Positions 1 to 13,090 of a stretch of DNA of 64,000 bases are shown here, piece by piece; position 1 is the stretch's first letter, and each line of letters begins with the position of its first letter. The notes beneath the pieces are model-generated. The model saw only the letters and a program-made list of their open reading frames with translations, was not told the DNA's origin and did no database searches. This DNA is from Eledone cirrhosa (lineage: Eukaryota). Position numbers and translations under genes: made by a program. The DNA lies in the NCBI GenBank assembly GCA_964016885.1, contig OZ024745.1, positions 77,500,001 through 77,564,000 on the forward strand. Reading direction: 5' to 3'.

Positions 1-45
1 CTATTTGACAAGCTATCAGCTACCTCACAATTGCATTCTTTTTAC

Positions 46-197
46 TTAATTCCAACCACAGTGAAAAATGTCTCATCATTTAATATGTTTGACGGAACTT
101 TTATTTCATAGAAAGTGAATTTCAGTTTTTTTTTCTGAGCAGTGTCATTTTCATCACTATCAGAATGATATTGTATATTCACTTTTTTTCTACTCAT
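46..197 (-). CDS. Candidate first coding exon of an unidentified gene continuing left of the window (MSRKKVNIQYHSDSDENDTAQKKKLKFTFYEIKVPSNILNDETFFTVVGI..)
   Basis: ATG at 197-195, protein-like composition, ends at a GT donor (aa|gtaaaa, 45-44). No homology recognised. Confidence 0.25.
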
Positions 198-1949
198 GAG
201 GAGTTCAAAATGTTTCTCGAAAAAGCAAAACAGTTCAGATATTGAAAGATGACACCACCAAAGCACACTGCACGCCATGACACAACCACTTAAACTGAAC
301 TGATACATGTTCCAAAAATTCATCTTGGTCTATCTATATTTAGATTTCCTTGCATATTGTCAGCAGAATCTATTCAAGTAAAACATCCACTGATTGATTG
401 TGAGTGAATAGTGCATTATTATTGGATACCAGGATAATACAAAAGATGGTTGGCTACCAATTTGAAATAATATGCAGAAGAGTTATTGATGTCAAGTGAG
501 ATCTGACAGGTAAATACATTTAATGGATAGCTTCTCGATGTTAAAGTTATCATAGCTGATAAACGGTAAATCTTTAAATGGTGAATTTAGAATATAAATT
601 AGGTCAAATTCACAAAGCAAGTACAATCTCTAAAACGTACCAAAAAATCTGGATGTGATATCAAGCATATAGATAAGTCAAATTAAAGGTAAATAGTACC
701 AAATTTGTATGAATATACTAACTTCGGCAGTGCTAATTTGGACCACTCTTATGGATAATAACTTTTGCAATATATAAACAAGTTTTCTGAATTAAGGAAC
801 ATAAATAAGAATAAATGTTTTTTTTACTGGATAAGGAATAGTTAAATCAGTTACTTGCAGTATGAAACATCCAAGTGAATATAGTGAAAAGAATTGAGTA
901 AGATGAATGAGGTAAAACATGTAATGCTAACTGGATTAAGTCAATTCAATCAATTGTTTTAAGAATAAATTAACTGCTTTGCTAATATAGAAATGAAGAT
1001 AGTTTAGTACTTTTTATGAACATTTTCTTTATCATATTTCTAATGAAATACACTACATTTGCATTATTTAACAGACATTTGGAGGGAATTACTTAATTCA
1101 TTAATTAATCCATTATTAAGATACTTTTTGTAACATAATTTAATAAAAGGTTCTTATAAAAGATTATGTTAGGTGGTTTCATAGCATCAGAAGCAGTTTT
1201 AAGCAGGTTGTTATTAAAAGGTTTAAGGAACTTTCAGGACTCCAGATAGAGTAAATAGAACTATGTCAATAGCTTGACTTAAATAGTTTCTCTATACAAA
1301 TCTAGCATGGATTTTTCCATAGCCTTCTCTGTCATAACCTATTAGTGTTCTTCTTTCATATTAGTCTACATCGCATTTGTATATAAGAGCACAGTTAAGA
1401 CTTGGAAGCAATGAAATTTATGGCAAATAGTAAATATATGCCAAGGTGTGGACATTAAAATATTGTGCAAGGTGGAAGGTGTTTGCTTTGATTAAAGATA
1501 TGCTTAAAGCACAACTGGACAAGACCCTGCATGCCAATCTCTTTAATTGTCATGAAATATATCTGAAGAAAATTTAGTATTGATTTATCAGCAATTTGAT
1601 ATAAATATAAACCAGAATAGTACATTAAAAAAAAATTATTATGATTAACTTTGTTGTGTAACAGCATTAGTGGCTTGCTTAATTATAAGAATAGATGATG
1701 CCTTTGACTGACAAGTACCAATTTTATAAAGTAACATGCATAAGTTAAATTGATTTGTTCATTAACTTTTATTGATGTAACAAAGTCTGATCTCCATACA
1801 CGGTATATAACTTTTCTCATTAATGTACAGGAGTCACTATTGTTGCTTATATGGTTTAACATTTTTTAGAGATGTTCATGTCTCATTGTTTCTGAAGCAC
1901 TACTGAAGACTTTGTCTTCATTATAGTGTACCTAGGACAAGTTGAACCT

Positions 1950-2160
1950 CCTAATTCGTGGAGGCAAAGTCCTCAAGTATGCCTTCCAGAGGGTCCTGTG
2001 AGAAGCAACTGTTTACTATTGATTTGGCTGGATGCCCAAGTGAGACCAGCAGAGTTCATGGATATTATCCAACCATCTTGCTCGGGGTCTACACTTTGGT
2101 GTGCTGCTGGTTGATTTTTGCCTGTAAAATCTGTCCATAGACAATATGACCACATGACAA
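1950..2160 (-). mobile_element. Degenerate 3' coding end of an RTE-clade (Expander/Rex3-like) LINE
   Basis: Reverse-complement similarity to 11770-12060; degenerate C-terminal motif of the QAK...RP.ARW type. Confidence 0.6.
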
Positions 2161-2652
2161 AGATAAATCAGTCTCCAAATTAAATGCAAAGAGGAATTTG
2201 AATTTAGTACTGAGATTGAGAGTGAATTGTATTTTGCAAGATACTTATTTGTAGGTTATTGGTTTGAGTTTTATGAGTAATTTGGCTTTGCCAGGAACAT
2301 AGCATAGTTCAAGAGATTAAATGTAAACTCTTGACCTCTCAATTAGCCGGCCAGTCTTCTTTTAATTCTTATAATTCATATTTTTCAAGATAACCTAGTC
2401 AGAAATGTAAAGCTCGAGCTTTTGATTCAGTTTATTGGATTATTTCATAACATCCCAAACTTCCTCTCAGATTTGAACATCGACCAATCAGACAATTTGA
2501 TATTTTAGCCTTAAACTGGGAACAAGTTTTTTTTTTTGTAATTATTTTAGTTTTCACTTTTTGTCACAATAACAGTTTAACCAAATTGAGTGAAACACCC
2601 AACACTTTCTCTTTTCTTCCTTGTGTTTCTGAAATTTGAGATGAATTTAGAC

Positions 2653-2684
<32 letters not shown>

Positions 2685-2906
2685 ACTTTTTGCTTGTTTT
2701 AGGAATATTCCTTTACCAGGTCTATTGTAGTGTTGTTATTCAAAGGCTATTCTGACAGATAAGCAAATGTGAGCCACCATGCTATTACAATGTATCAGCT
2801 TGTCATGATATAACATTCCTATGTATTTCTTTCAATTTAGTCAAACAAGTACTTATTTTATCTATAGAAAATGGTGATTATGGTGAGCATAGTCAGCTCT
2901 GTTTAG

Positions 2907-2991
2907 CTCTTTAGCATATACATTACTCTATATTTACTACTGTATTTTCACGGTAAACACTTTATCTCATATAATTATCTCACATAACACT
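2907..2991 (+). mobile_element. Left half of a piggyBac-like MITE, split by the RTE LINE
   Basis: ctctttagcatatacattactctatatttac... matches the 5' part of intact copies at 34378 and 53550. Confidence 0.8.
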
Positions 2992-5463
2992 AACTTCAAA
3001 AAACGAGACAATCACTTGATCACCTATAGATCAGGGGAACACGCCAGTCAGATAGATTATATCCTTACCAGAAGACGTGATAGAGTGTCTGTTGTAAACA
3101 CTAAATCCCTCCCCCATGAAGAATGCACCTCCCAATATAGACTCATAGTCAACGACCTCATAGTCAGGACAAGATGTACTCGACAACAGAGGAGGACTAT
3201 CCTCAGGAGAAAAATATGGAAGCTAAAGGACCCCACAGCCAGTAATAAATTTAAAAGCATATTACTTGATGCTTTCGACAGTAAGGAAGAGCAATTAGAG
3301 TCGTACAATATAGAGGGACAGTGGGAATTCCTGAAAGCTTACCTGCTGAAGGCGGCAGATGAAGCTTGTGGCTGGAGCAGGCCTATAGGCAGGAGGAGAG
3401 TAATGTGGTGGTGGAATAGTAAGGTGGAGGAGTCAATTAAGGCCAAAAAGCAGGCTTGGAAAGTATGGCGGGATGGGGGAAGTAGAGAAGACTATCAAGT
3501 GGCCAGGAGGGAAGCTAGGAGACAAGTGTACTTCGCAAGAAGGGAAGCAGAGGAAAGAAAGTTCAAGCATGTTCTACAACGCGAGGACCAAAAACGTGAG
3601 GTGTTCAGGATTGCTAGGCAATGTGTCAAGGAAAACTGTGATATTGTCGGGGAGAAGTGTGCCCTTAATGATGATGGTGTACTTGCCATCACTGACGCTG
3701 ATAAGAAGGTAGCTTGGAAGTGTCACTACGAAAGGCTACTAAATGAGGAGAATAAATGGGAGAAAGACAGTCTCCCCCACATCGATCCAATAGAGGGACC
3801 AGCAGTGCAAGTTGAAGGTAGTATAATAAGTAAGGCAATCAAAGATATGAAGACGGGTAAGGCGGCTGGGCCTTTGGAAATAGTTGCTGAAATGCTGAAA
3901 GCATCTGGAACGGTGGGACACACTATGGTCACCCGGATAGTAAACCAAGTTATACAGAATGGGGCCGTTCCGAAGGACTGGCGTAGCAGCATCATCATTA
4001 ACTGCTACAAGGGTAAAGGAGATGCTCTTGATAGGGGTAACTATAGAGGCATTAAATTAATCGACAGGTCATGAAGGTCACAGAAAAAGTAATAGCGCAA
4101 CTAATCAGAGAACGAATTGATCTAGATGAAATGCAGTTCGGGTTTGTGTCAGGTAAAAGTACCACAGATGCTCTTTTCATTGTACGACAACTACAAGAGA
4201 TGTACCTAGCTAAAAGTAAACCCTTATACTTAGCCTTTGTTGACTTGGAGAAAGCCTTTGACAGAGTCCCCCGCTCCATTATCTGGTGGGCGCTTAGAAA
4301 ACTAGGTGTTGATGAATGGCTTGTGAGAACTATACAAGCCATGTATAAAGAAACAGTCAGCAAGGTTAGAATTAACAACGAATATAGTGAAGAGTTTAGC
4401 ATAAAAGCTGGTGTTCATCAGAGCTCCGTTCTTAGCCCCCTACTATTTATTATTGCCCTTCAGGCTATAACAGAGGAGTTTGAGACCGGCTGCCCATGGG
4501 AACTCCTATATGCAGATGATCTAATGCTCATAGCTGAATCAATGGCTGAACTAGAGAAGAAATTCCAAACATGGAAGCATGGCCTAGAATCAAAAGGCCT
4601 TAAAGTTAACTTGTCTAAGACTAAAGTTCTAGTTTGTAGGAAGGAAAATAGGGCATCGGTCCCATCTGGGAAATGGCCATGCTCAGTGTGTAGGAAAGGA
4701 GTAGGCAGAAACTCCATTTTATGTCCCAAATGCAAATTATGGGTGCATAAAAGATGTAGTGGGATCACAGGTAAGCTAACTAAGAACATAGATTTTATAT
4801 GTGGCCGGTGCTCTGGTGCAATAAGTAGCAGCAAGTGCCCACAGAATACTAGCTCATTCCATTGCACAGATGGTTCTATAGAAATAGTGGACACCTTCTG
4901 TTACCTGGGTGACAAAATCAGCAGTGGGGGAGGGTGCTCTGAAAGTACAGTAGCTAGAGTCAGAACGGATGGAAAAAGTTCAGAGAGCTTATACCACTAT
5001 TGGCCGCTAAAGGTTTCTCTCTAAAAATGAAAGGCAGGCTGTATGATGCCTGCATATGAACAGCAATGTTACATGGCAGTGAGACCTGGGCATTGTGTGC
5101 AGATGATATACGTAGACTGGAGAGAAACGAACTTGCATGCTCCGCTGGATGTGTAATAGTAATATACGTGAACGGCAAAGCATAAACGAACTAAGGGAGA
5201 AATTAGGAATAAGAGGGATCAGATGTTGTTTACTCGAGAGAAGACTATGTTGGTACGGTCACGTGATGTGCATGAAAGACGACAGCTGTATAAAAAAGTG
5301 CAGGGCGATAAAAATAGACGGTAGCCATGGAGTAGGCAGACCCAGAAAAACCTGGGACGACTTGATAAATTCCGACCTCACACACTTACACCTCTCCAAG
5401 ACAATGTCACTGGACCGAGATCTTTGGCGCTACACAGTCATACAGAAGACCCGCCTTGCCTAA
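2992..5463 (+). pseudogene. Disrupted RTE ORF (APE remnant + RT + PHD-like finger)
   Basis: ORF-track pieces 3016-4074, 4071-5024 and 5137-5463 join through frameshifts near 4065 and 4966 and an in-frame TGA near 5057 (likely CGA>TGA). Confidence 0.9.
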
Positions 5464-5844
5464 GTACAAAGCGAAACCTACAGTCAGTAGGCACCTCTAA
5501 CAAAATAAACCCCCCCACCCCCCACCCCATCCACACCACCCCCTTAAATGTGAAGTTATGTTGGTACCACAACATCCAGTCCGAAACAAATGAGGTCGTG
5601 TAGGTGTCACAACAAAAAAACACAGTCCACGCTGTAATGTGGCCGTGTAGGTAACACGGTAAAAACCTCCCAGTCCACACTGTAAACGTGGTTGGTGTTA
5701 GGAAGGGCATCCAGCCGTAGAAAACCCGCCAGACAGTCCTATACGAGCAGGACAACAAATCTTGCTTCAAGTGGGAAACCGCCCGTCCAAACCCATGCAA
5801 GCGTGGAAGATGGACGTTAAACGATGATGATGATGATGATGATA
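2992..5844 (+). mobile_element. 5'-truncated RTE-clade LINE: end of APE endonuclease, RT, 3'UTR and (GAT)n tail
   Basis: SQIDYIL (APE C-term), GKAAGP, NYRGIKL, QFGF, FVDLEKAFDRV, LLYADD, FCYLG, WYGHV, GRPRKTW; tail aaacgatgatgatgat at 5819-5843. Confidence 0.95.
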
Positions 5845-5985
5845 AATACTGAGTCTACGAGAATTTGATATTATTTATTTTGAGAACAATATCTTAACAT
5901 AAGTATGAGCTGCCAATTATGGCTGGTTTGAACAGAAAAGGGCGAGAGAATTCTGGCCAGATATGCCGGTTTAAATGCTAAAGGG
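5845..5985 (+). mobile_element. Right half of the piggyBac-like MITE split by the LINE
   Basis: Continues the MITE consensus (gagaacaatatcttaacataagtatgagc...) and ends in TIR taaatgctaaaggg. Confidence 0.8.
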
Positions 5986-6165
5986 ATAAAATGTTAATTA
6001 AAGAAACATCAACTTAGATTTTGATACTATCAAATTTGATCTTTCTTGTCCTTCTATGACAACCCCAAAACCAAATGATATATTCTATTTTTAAATTGTT
6101 ATTGTTGAGCATTGTTGATCCACTGGTGGGTGAATGCCTCAACATACTATTATTAATTCTTTCAA

Positions 6166-6352
6166 GGGCGGTGGATTGGCAGTGTCGGTAGAGGGTCGGA
6201 TGCCATGCTTTGACGTATAGAGTTACGGCCCTTGCCATTCTGAGTTCAAATCCTGCCGAGGTTAACTTTGTCTTTCATCCTTACGGGGTCGATAAAATAA
6301 AGTACCAGTAATGTACTGGGTAATTACTGGCCTTGTGCCAAAAGTAGAAACA
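6166..6352 (+). mobile_element. tRNA-derived SINE, family A, full length
   Basis: A box TGGCAGTGTCGG, B box GAGTTCAAATCC, core gccgaggttaactttgtctttcatccttacggggtcgataaaataaagtaccag; 16-bp TSD attattaattctttca (6149-6164 / 6353-6368). Confidence 0.9.
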
Positions 6353-6427
6353 ATTATTAATTCTTTCAGGCTCCTGCTTCATGCTGCTAGTTGACAGATA
6401 TCCAGTATTTCATTGTCATCTCATTAG

Positions 6428-6633
6428 TGCTTTAGCATTTAAACTGTCCGCATTTGGCCAGGATTTTCTCACATTATTCTGTTCAAACTGGCCGTAACTG
6501 GCCACTCATACTGATGTTAAGGCATTGTTCTCAAAATAAATAATATCAAAATCTCAGAGTCGATATTATGTGAGATAAAGCCTTTACCATGAAAATACAA
6601 TAGTATATATAGAGTAATGTAAATGCTAAAGAG
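6428..6633 (-). mobile_element. piggyBac-like MITE, inverted copy
   Basis: TIRs ctttagcattta / taaatgctaaagag followed by TTAA; internal similarity to other copies. Confidence 0.75.
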
Positions 6634-6810
6634 TTAATGGTCTTTAATCTTTTTCTTTTTACCTGTCATTAGATGCCATTCTGCAATGAGTTTTGTCCAA
6701 CAGCTGTCTCTTTTTATTAATGTTTCTGGTCCATATCCATTCTTCTCATTTTCATCCAGTTAAAAATATCCTCTACCTTTGTCTGTTTGTTTACCCATTT
6801 TGTGTTATCT

Positions 6811-7078
6811 AAAGTCTGTCTTAAGCCATTTAAGGCTTGTTAGGCCAGTTTCATGGTGTGAAACGACTGAGAGTGCAAGACTTCCCCTGGACATGACAGT
6901 CCATCGCAGGGTTAAACCCCCAGCTATTGCTGTTACTCATTTTCAGCTGAGTATACTAGAACAACATGAAATGAAGTGTTTTGCTCAAGAATGCAACATG
7001 TAACCCAGCCCCTGTATCAAATCCACAACATTATGATTGTAAGTTGAACACCCTTACCATTAAGCCACACACCTCCAC
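6811..7078 (-). mobile_element. tRNA-derived SINE, family B
   Basis: Minus strand reads ...tcttgagcaaaacacttcatttcatgttg... and ends ggcttaagacagacttta, as at 57625-57845. Confidence 0.75.
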
Positions 7079-7770
7079 AGTCTTCATGTTATGCTGAGTA
7101 TTTGTTCATATTGTGTTAGATGCTGCCAGTTTCCTCTCTGTTGCTGCAGTTAGGGTTCATGAGCTTGCTGGCTACATGACAGTGTTTCCTATTGACTGAT
7201 TCCGTCATCTTTGAATATCATAGTATGAATACAAATACAAAATTTAAATATGCAAAATGATTCTTTCTTTTTCTTTTTCTTTTTGCAGTAATTACATTTG
7301 TATATTTTTTTGTAAAATCTGTTGCATAATTCAGAAAAATGAATAAAATTAATAAAGTGATTACAAGAGAGAGAGAGAAAGAATAGATAGACATGTTTAT
7401 ATGCACACAGATATGTGTATATGTGTGTGGTAATAAGACTGAAGAGTTTATTGATCATATTGGCTGCTCTTTTCCTTTTGGTCATGTGATACAATATGTC
7501 AATCATAATGTCTGTTTATACCCCCTCTCCAACCTCTTTCTCTGTTCATAGCACCATATTAGTGGTTGTCATCACTTCTTGCTTTTGTTACATTTCCTAC
7601 TCTCTCTCTCTTTCTCTCTCCTTCTGTTGTCCTTTCTTTTCTCTCTTTTTCCCTCTCTTACTCACACAAATCACACATCCAGTTTTAAAATATCTGATAG
7701 TATACATGTACTTGTATATGCATACTTTTGAAAAATCACAGAAGATGCTATACAGCATTGTATTCTTTAA

Positions 7771-7952
7771 CCCTTTATCATTTACATTACTCTATATACT
7801 ATTGTATTTTCACATAATATTGAATATATGAGATGTTGATATTATTTATTTTGAGAACAATACCACCAGGATGAGTGGCCAGTTATGGTTGGTTTGAACA
7901 GAAACAGGTGAGAGAATTCTTGCCGGATATGGCCAGTTTAAATGCTAAAGGG
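7771..7952 (+). mobile_element. piggyBac-like MITE
   Basis: TTAA-CCCTTTA...TAAAGGG-TTAA; TTAA TSD on both sides. Confidence 0.85.
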
Positions 7953-10290
7953 TTAAGATATTTAAGCAAAGATTGAGAAAACAAATTTTCAACTGTATTG
8001 AAGTTGATGAAAGTCCTGTGTCATTGTATTTTTATACCAGCACAATAATCTCATTTGTAAACATCTTTTGTGCTCCATTGCTTTTCTGATTCATTTGCTT
8101 TCAGTTTTCCTTGTAAGTTCACTGCATGTCCACTGCATTTGCTGCTCATATTTCTTTCATTGCCTTACATCTATTGTACATACTTCACACACACACATAC
8201 ACATCTGTGTGAAAGGTGTAACCTCCATGAAGATATATTTTTTTCTCATGGTTGTGATGAGATATTTATATATTGTTGGAGCACTATTCCACAAAAACAA
8301 GAAAACGAGGTTATTAACTTGAACAAATATGAATAGACATTGTGGAAATTTACGAAGGCAAAACTGAAATTAGTGCCATAGTAATTGTGGCTATGTCTAG
8401 TTCGATTAGTTAGTTATTTCACATCATCTAGCTGTCAGCAACATAAATCAATCATAAAGAGAATATAGCCATTTGCTGCATGAAAGCTTTAAGACAATGA
8501 GATTTTCATTTTAACATTCTCCTTGGATTCGTTGTATGCCTCAAAGCATTTCCTTTGTTCATCTTCTTTCTATTTTGATTAAGAACAACAGTTTCAGAGA
8601 TATGCAGTATTTGAGTAGTTAAGTTGCTGATCTATAATTTATTTATTTGTTTTATAAGTTATTTATTTGATAAGTTTTATTTTATTTATCAATATTTTTT
8701 TTATTTGTTTTAATAATTTAATCTTATTAAGACATTGCATTATATTCACCATATTTTAGTTTTGTTTAGATGGGAAATGAGTATGACTGGCATTAGGAAA
8801 GGCATAACGTTGTAAAATACAGCAACAATTTTCTGAAATTATTTGGAAGCATACATAGAACATTTTCTTAAGAAAAAGAAATACTTTTTGATTATTAGAA
8901 TATCTTTTTATCAATTTGTTCTTGTGTGTCTGTGGTTACATTTATTTAAGACAATTATTTTCAATATTCATTTATTAATGATATATTTTCACTTTTCTTT
9001 TCTGATTTGCTAAATTAAAAACTAAATTTGAAAGGAACAAGAAAGATGTTACAAAATATTCTTTTATGCCTGTGCTTAACACAATTCTGTATTCAAAAGT
9101 TAAGCTTAGGTGTTTGAATAGAGAAAAGTTAAATGTGAAAAACAATAGAACTGTGTAAACATCAATCAAACAGTTCTCATGTAGTTTCAAGAACCTAAAA
9201 GTATGAGTTATTGGTGCCTTGATATTTTGGAATAAATCAATTGAAAGAGTTCAGAAGTTAATTATCAACAGCTGAAATTGTGTTTCTCTTTGAAAGATAT
9301 GATAATAGTCATATTGCTAATGATTAGCTTCAAAGTATTAAGTAAGTCTTGAAAACTGTATAGTCTATCTTCCAAAAATATAGCCTTTAAATATTTTAAT
9401 ATGAACAAGGCTAGTTTGAAACAAAAACATTTGATTGTGAAAAGTGGTAAAAAAAGGTCACATAGCGTTATTTGATAGTGCTAATATAGATGAACAGTCT
9501 TTGTTGGTAATTATTGCTCTACACAGCCTACTTTTGTATCCATTTTGATTAAATAAATGCCCACAGGACATCAGCTACTTGGCTTTAGAATCTTGGCTTA
9601 GATACAAGCAGTGAATCACAACACATTGCTTTTGTTATCCTTCTCATATACAAAATCTGAAATTGTTTTGGCTTCTCTACATAGCTCTTCTGTTACTCAT
9701 GAGTTTAACAGTTATCACAGAATATCTCAACTATTTTAGAATGCTAATTCTATTTCACTAAATTCAGTGAGACTCTCTAGTCTTTTAGACTATGGGCTGC
9801 AGTGGTGATGGATAACATATACCATTTAGGGAATATTGTCACTAATAGTAACAGGTCTCTTAATTGTATAGTGTTTGAGTTTGATACCTAATGAATAAAT
9901 TTCAATTAGAGATAGGAAATATTTACTGAACATGGAGAAGAAAATCAGGTCTGCAAAAGCTAATTATTATTTTAATATAACCGAACTGAAAGAATTGTTG
10001 TTTTTTTAAAATATAGATGGTTAAAATCGCAATCAGTGTAGGTTAAATATTATATCTTTATATGGAAGATGCACTGTCTCTGAAAATATAACATCAAAAC
10101 AGTCAGTAATGGATCTACAAACATGATAGAAAAATGTTTAGGATCTGAAAATAAACTTTACATGATATAAGATTAAAACTTTAGCCTGCACCCATACCCA
10201 TCAAAAGTATAGAACGCTATAACAAAATTTTTCTAATTATAAAAGACTAAAAATATTAGTATAGTGTGAAATAGTGGTATTTTGAACATG

Positions 10291-10347
10291 AACCGTCCAA
10301 CCCATGCTTGCATGGATGATGGACATTAAACGATGATGATGATGATG
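10291..10347 (+). mobile_element. Extreme 3' end of RTE with (GAT)n tail
   Basis: ccgtccaacccatgcttgcatggatgatggacattaaacgatgatgat matches 5783-5843. Confidence 0.75.
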
Positions 10348-10509
10348 AACTGTACCTAATTCTTAAATCATAGGTTGTTTATTAATAACTCAATGGAATT
10401 CTGGAAGATTTGCTCCATTGTGGTTGAATGTTGGGTAAGATTCTTTTGGATATATGATTAATCTTCCATCAGAACAAACAGTTTAGTTCTTGGTATTTTG
10501 TTATTAAAA

Positions 10510-10700
10510 TAATTGTTTCTACTTTTTGGCACAAGGCCAACAATTACCCAGTGCATTACTGGTACTTTATTTTATCGACCCCGTAAGGATGAAAGGCAAA
10601 GTTAACCTCAGCGGGATTTGAACTCAGAATGGCAAGGACCGTAACTCTGTGCGTCAAAACATGGCGTCCGACCCTCTACCGATACTGCCAATCCACTGTC
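10510..10700 (-). mobile_element. SINE family A
   Basis: Reverse complement of 6166-6352. Confidence 0.9.
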
Positions 10701-11769
10701 TATTTCTTTCATTCTGTTTTGGTATATTAAAGTGTTTCCCTCATAATTCTCCAAGTAGTGTAAATTGACATTCCCTTTAAAATTGATATATTTGGAATTT
10801 TTACTTCCTGAAATATTAGTTGTTTAGCAGTTAAATACTGATGTCCATTCAGCAGGTATAGGCGAAATTAACTAGTAGTTAAACTTTCACCTCTACAATA
10901 GATAAACTTTGGTTCTTCAACTGAAAGGCAATAAAATAAACTACTATTAACTGGCTTAGATTTTTTTAGAAGGATTATTTTTTTAGTACACCAATGAAAT
11001 GACTTTGCACACCATTCTCATTTTCCTTGCTTTTGAAAACATTTCATTTTAAATTATTTATCTCTATTCATTGCTTGCTGCTATATTTGTTGGACATGCA
11101 CACTTGCACTCACACAAATATACACACACACTGAGGCTATAACTGAGCATATAACCAATTATTTTACATGGGATTTCACTGCTCCTAACCACAATTCACT
11201 GTGGGACTGTGTTGACCATTGGAACCCTGTATGAAATAAAGCTTTGTAATTTCAGTTTCAAACCAAGCACATAAAGGCACAGACGTGGTGGTTGATGTAT
11301 ATATGTGTGTTTATGTTTGTATCTGTCTGTATTTATGTCCCATAACTTAGCATTTCAACAAAAAAGAAATCAATGAAATAAGTACCAAACGTAAAAAAAT
11401 AAGTACTTAGATTAATGTGATTGATTAAATAAAAAATCAAGGTTGTGCCTCAACATGATTGAAACAAGTACCCCTCCCCCCGTCCCCCAAGATTAAATGT
11501 GAGTGAAAAGAAACTCTCAGGAGAGCTGGACAACAGGTCTTCAGAGAAGAAATTATTATTGCAAATTTAATATGGCCTGTTGCATGTTCACTGTAATCTT
11601 ACAGAAACCTTTGTTTCATGCATTTAATGTTTTTATCGACTGGGCATTGTCCCCACAAACAAGCATGAATAGGAATTTTAGGATATTATGTGAAATAAGT
11701 TTAGTTCCATTTTGAAAACATATACTGAGCAGACTATTTAAAATGTAATATTTTATATAACATGAAGTA

Positions 11770-12060
11770 TGAATTGAGAGATCACAGCTCCGATACTATG
11801 AGCATGTGGTTAGAATGTCTCAGGAAAGAATCACTGGACAGATTTTACGGGCAAAACCAACCGACAGGAGACCCAGGGGTAGACCCTGAGCAAGATGGTT
11901 GTATAACATCCATGAGCTTGGTTGGTCTCACTTGGGGATCCATCCGGATCAGTTGGAGATGGTTGTTTCTGACAGGACCCGCTAGAAGGAGTGTTTGAGG
12001 ATTCTGCCCCCACAACCCTCTCAGGAATAAATGGGCGAAGAAGAAGATGAAGGATGAAGT
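11770..12060 (+). mobile_element. 3' end of an Expander/Rex3-like RTE LINE
   Basis: Translates IERSQLRYYEHVVRMSQERITGQILRAKPTDRRPRGRP*ARW; ends in a (GAA/GAT) tail. Confidence 0.75.
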
Positions 12061-12561
12061 TAACAGTCTAAAGAGTTAATTCAGCAGTGTTATTAAAGCA
12101 TGTAATAAAATGGCCACAAAGATATTTATTGAAGTCAGGACATTGGCACTTGCAATAAAAAGCTAACTAAGGTTTAAATATTGATTATGAATATACATAA
12201 TTTTATTTTTGACTATTATAATGATCTAGTATGGGGTGTTTCTACATTCCCTTTTACTCATTCACGTGTTAGTTAACCTCTTAATCTATGATTAGTTGCT
12301 TTTGATATAATCATGGATTAGTTTTAGAGAAAAGATTAGAAGATGTATGATAATACTGTATTATCTTAAATAAGTTTTATGTTTGGAGAAACTGTTTTAA
12401 ACAGATTATCGATCACCAACTTTCTGAAATAATAATTTTGTTATTTTGCACTTTTTTCCCTCAGTTGCTGATATTTATTTTGGGTAGTCTCTGTCAGTGA
12501 AGTTTGACCACATCTATACCATACTGATAGTAAGGATTTAGGCAGAAGGCTAACAATGGGG

Positions 12562-12700
12562 GAAGAGGAAAGTCAATTAAATTGACCCCAGTGCATTACT
12601 GGTACTTTATTTTATCGACCCCATAAGGATGAAAGGCAAAGTTAACCTTGGCGAGATTTTAACTCAGACCGTAAAGGGCCGTAACTCTACTGCCAATCCA
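12562..12700 (-). mobile_element. Partial SINE family A
   Basis: Contains the family core cattactggtactttattttatcgacccc... Confidence 0.8.
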
Positions 12701-12807
12701 AATGAACATTTGTCGATGTCATCATAGCCAATATTCCTAGTTTGTCAGGTTTCCATCAAAGTTATATTTCCGGTTGTAACATCTCTTCAATATAATTCCC
12801 AAAGATA

Positions 12808-13090
12808 ATAATTGTTTCTACATTTGTCACAAGGCCAGCAATTACCCAGTGCATTACTGGTACTTTATTTATTGACCCCTTAAGGATGAAAGGCAAAGTT
12901 AACCTTGACGGGATTTGAACTCAGACCGTAAAGGGACATAACTATGCTGGAAAGCATGGCGTCCGACCCTCTACCGATACTGCCAATCACCAAAGATAAT
13001 AATTGTTTCTACTTTAGGCACAAGGCCAGCAATTACCCAGTACATTACTGGTACTTTATTTTATCGACCCCGTAAGGAGGAAAGGCAAAG
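12808..13090 (-). mobile_element. Two SINE family A copies in tandem (full, then truncated)
   Basis: Copies at 12808-12990 and 12999-13090, delimited by repeated caaagataataat. Confidence 0.85.

Noticed and set aside
3057-5178. Antisense and alternate-frame ORFs over the RTE (also 22344-24251 plus)
   Set aside because: Shadows of the LINE coding sequence with no independent evidence.
6166-6260. tRNA gene (A and B boxes)
   Set aside because: No full cloverleaf; it is the head of a multi-copy SINE with TSDs.
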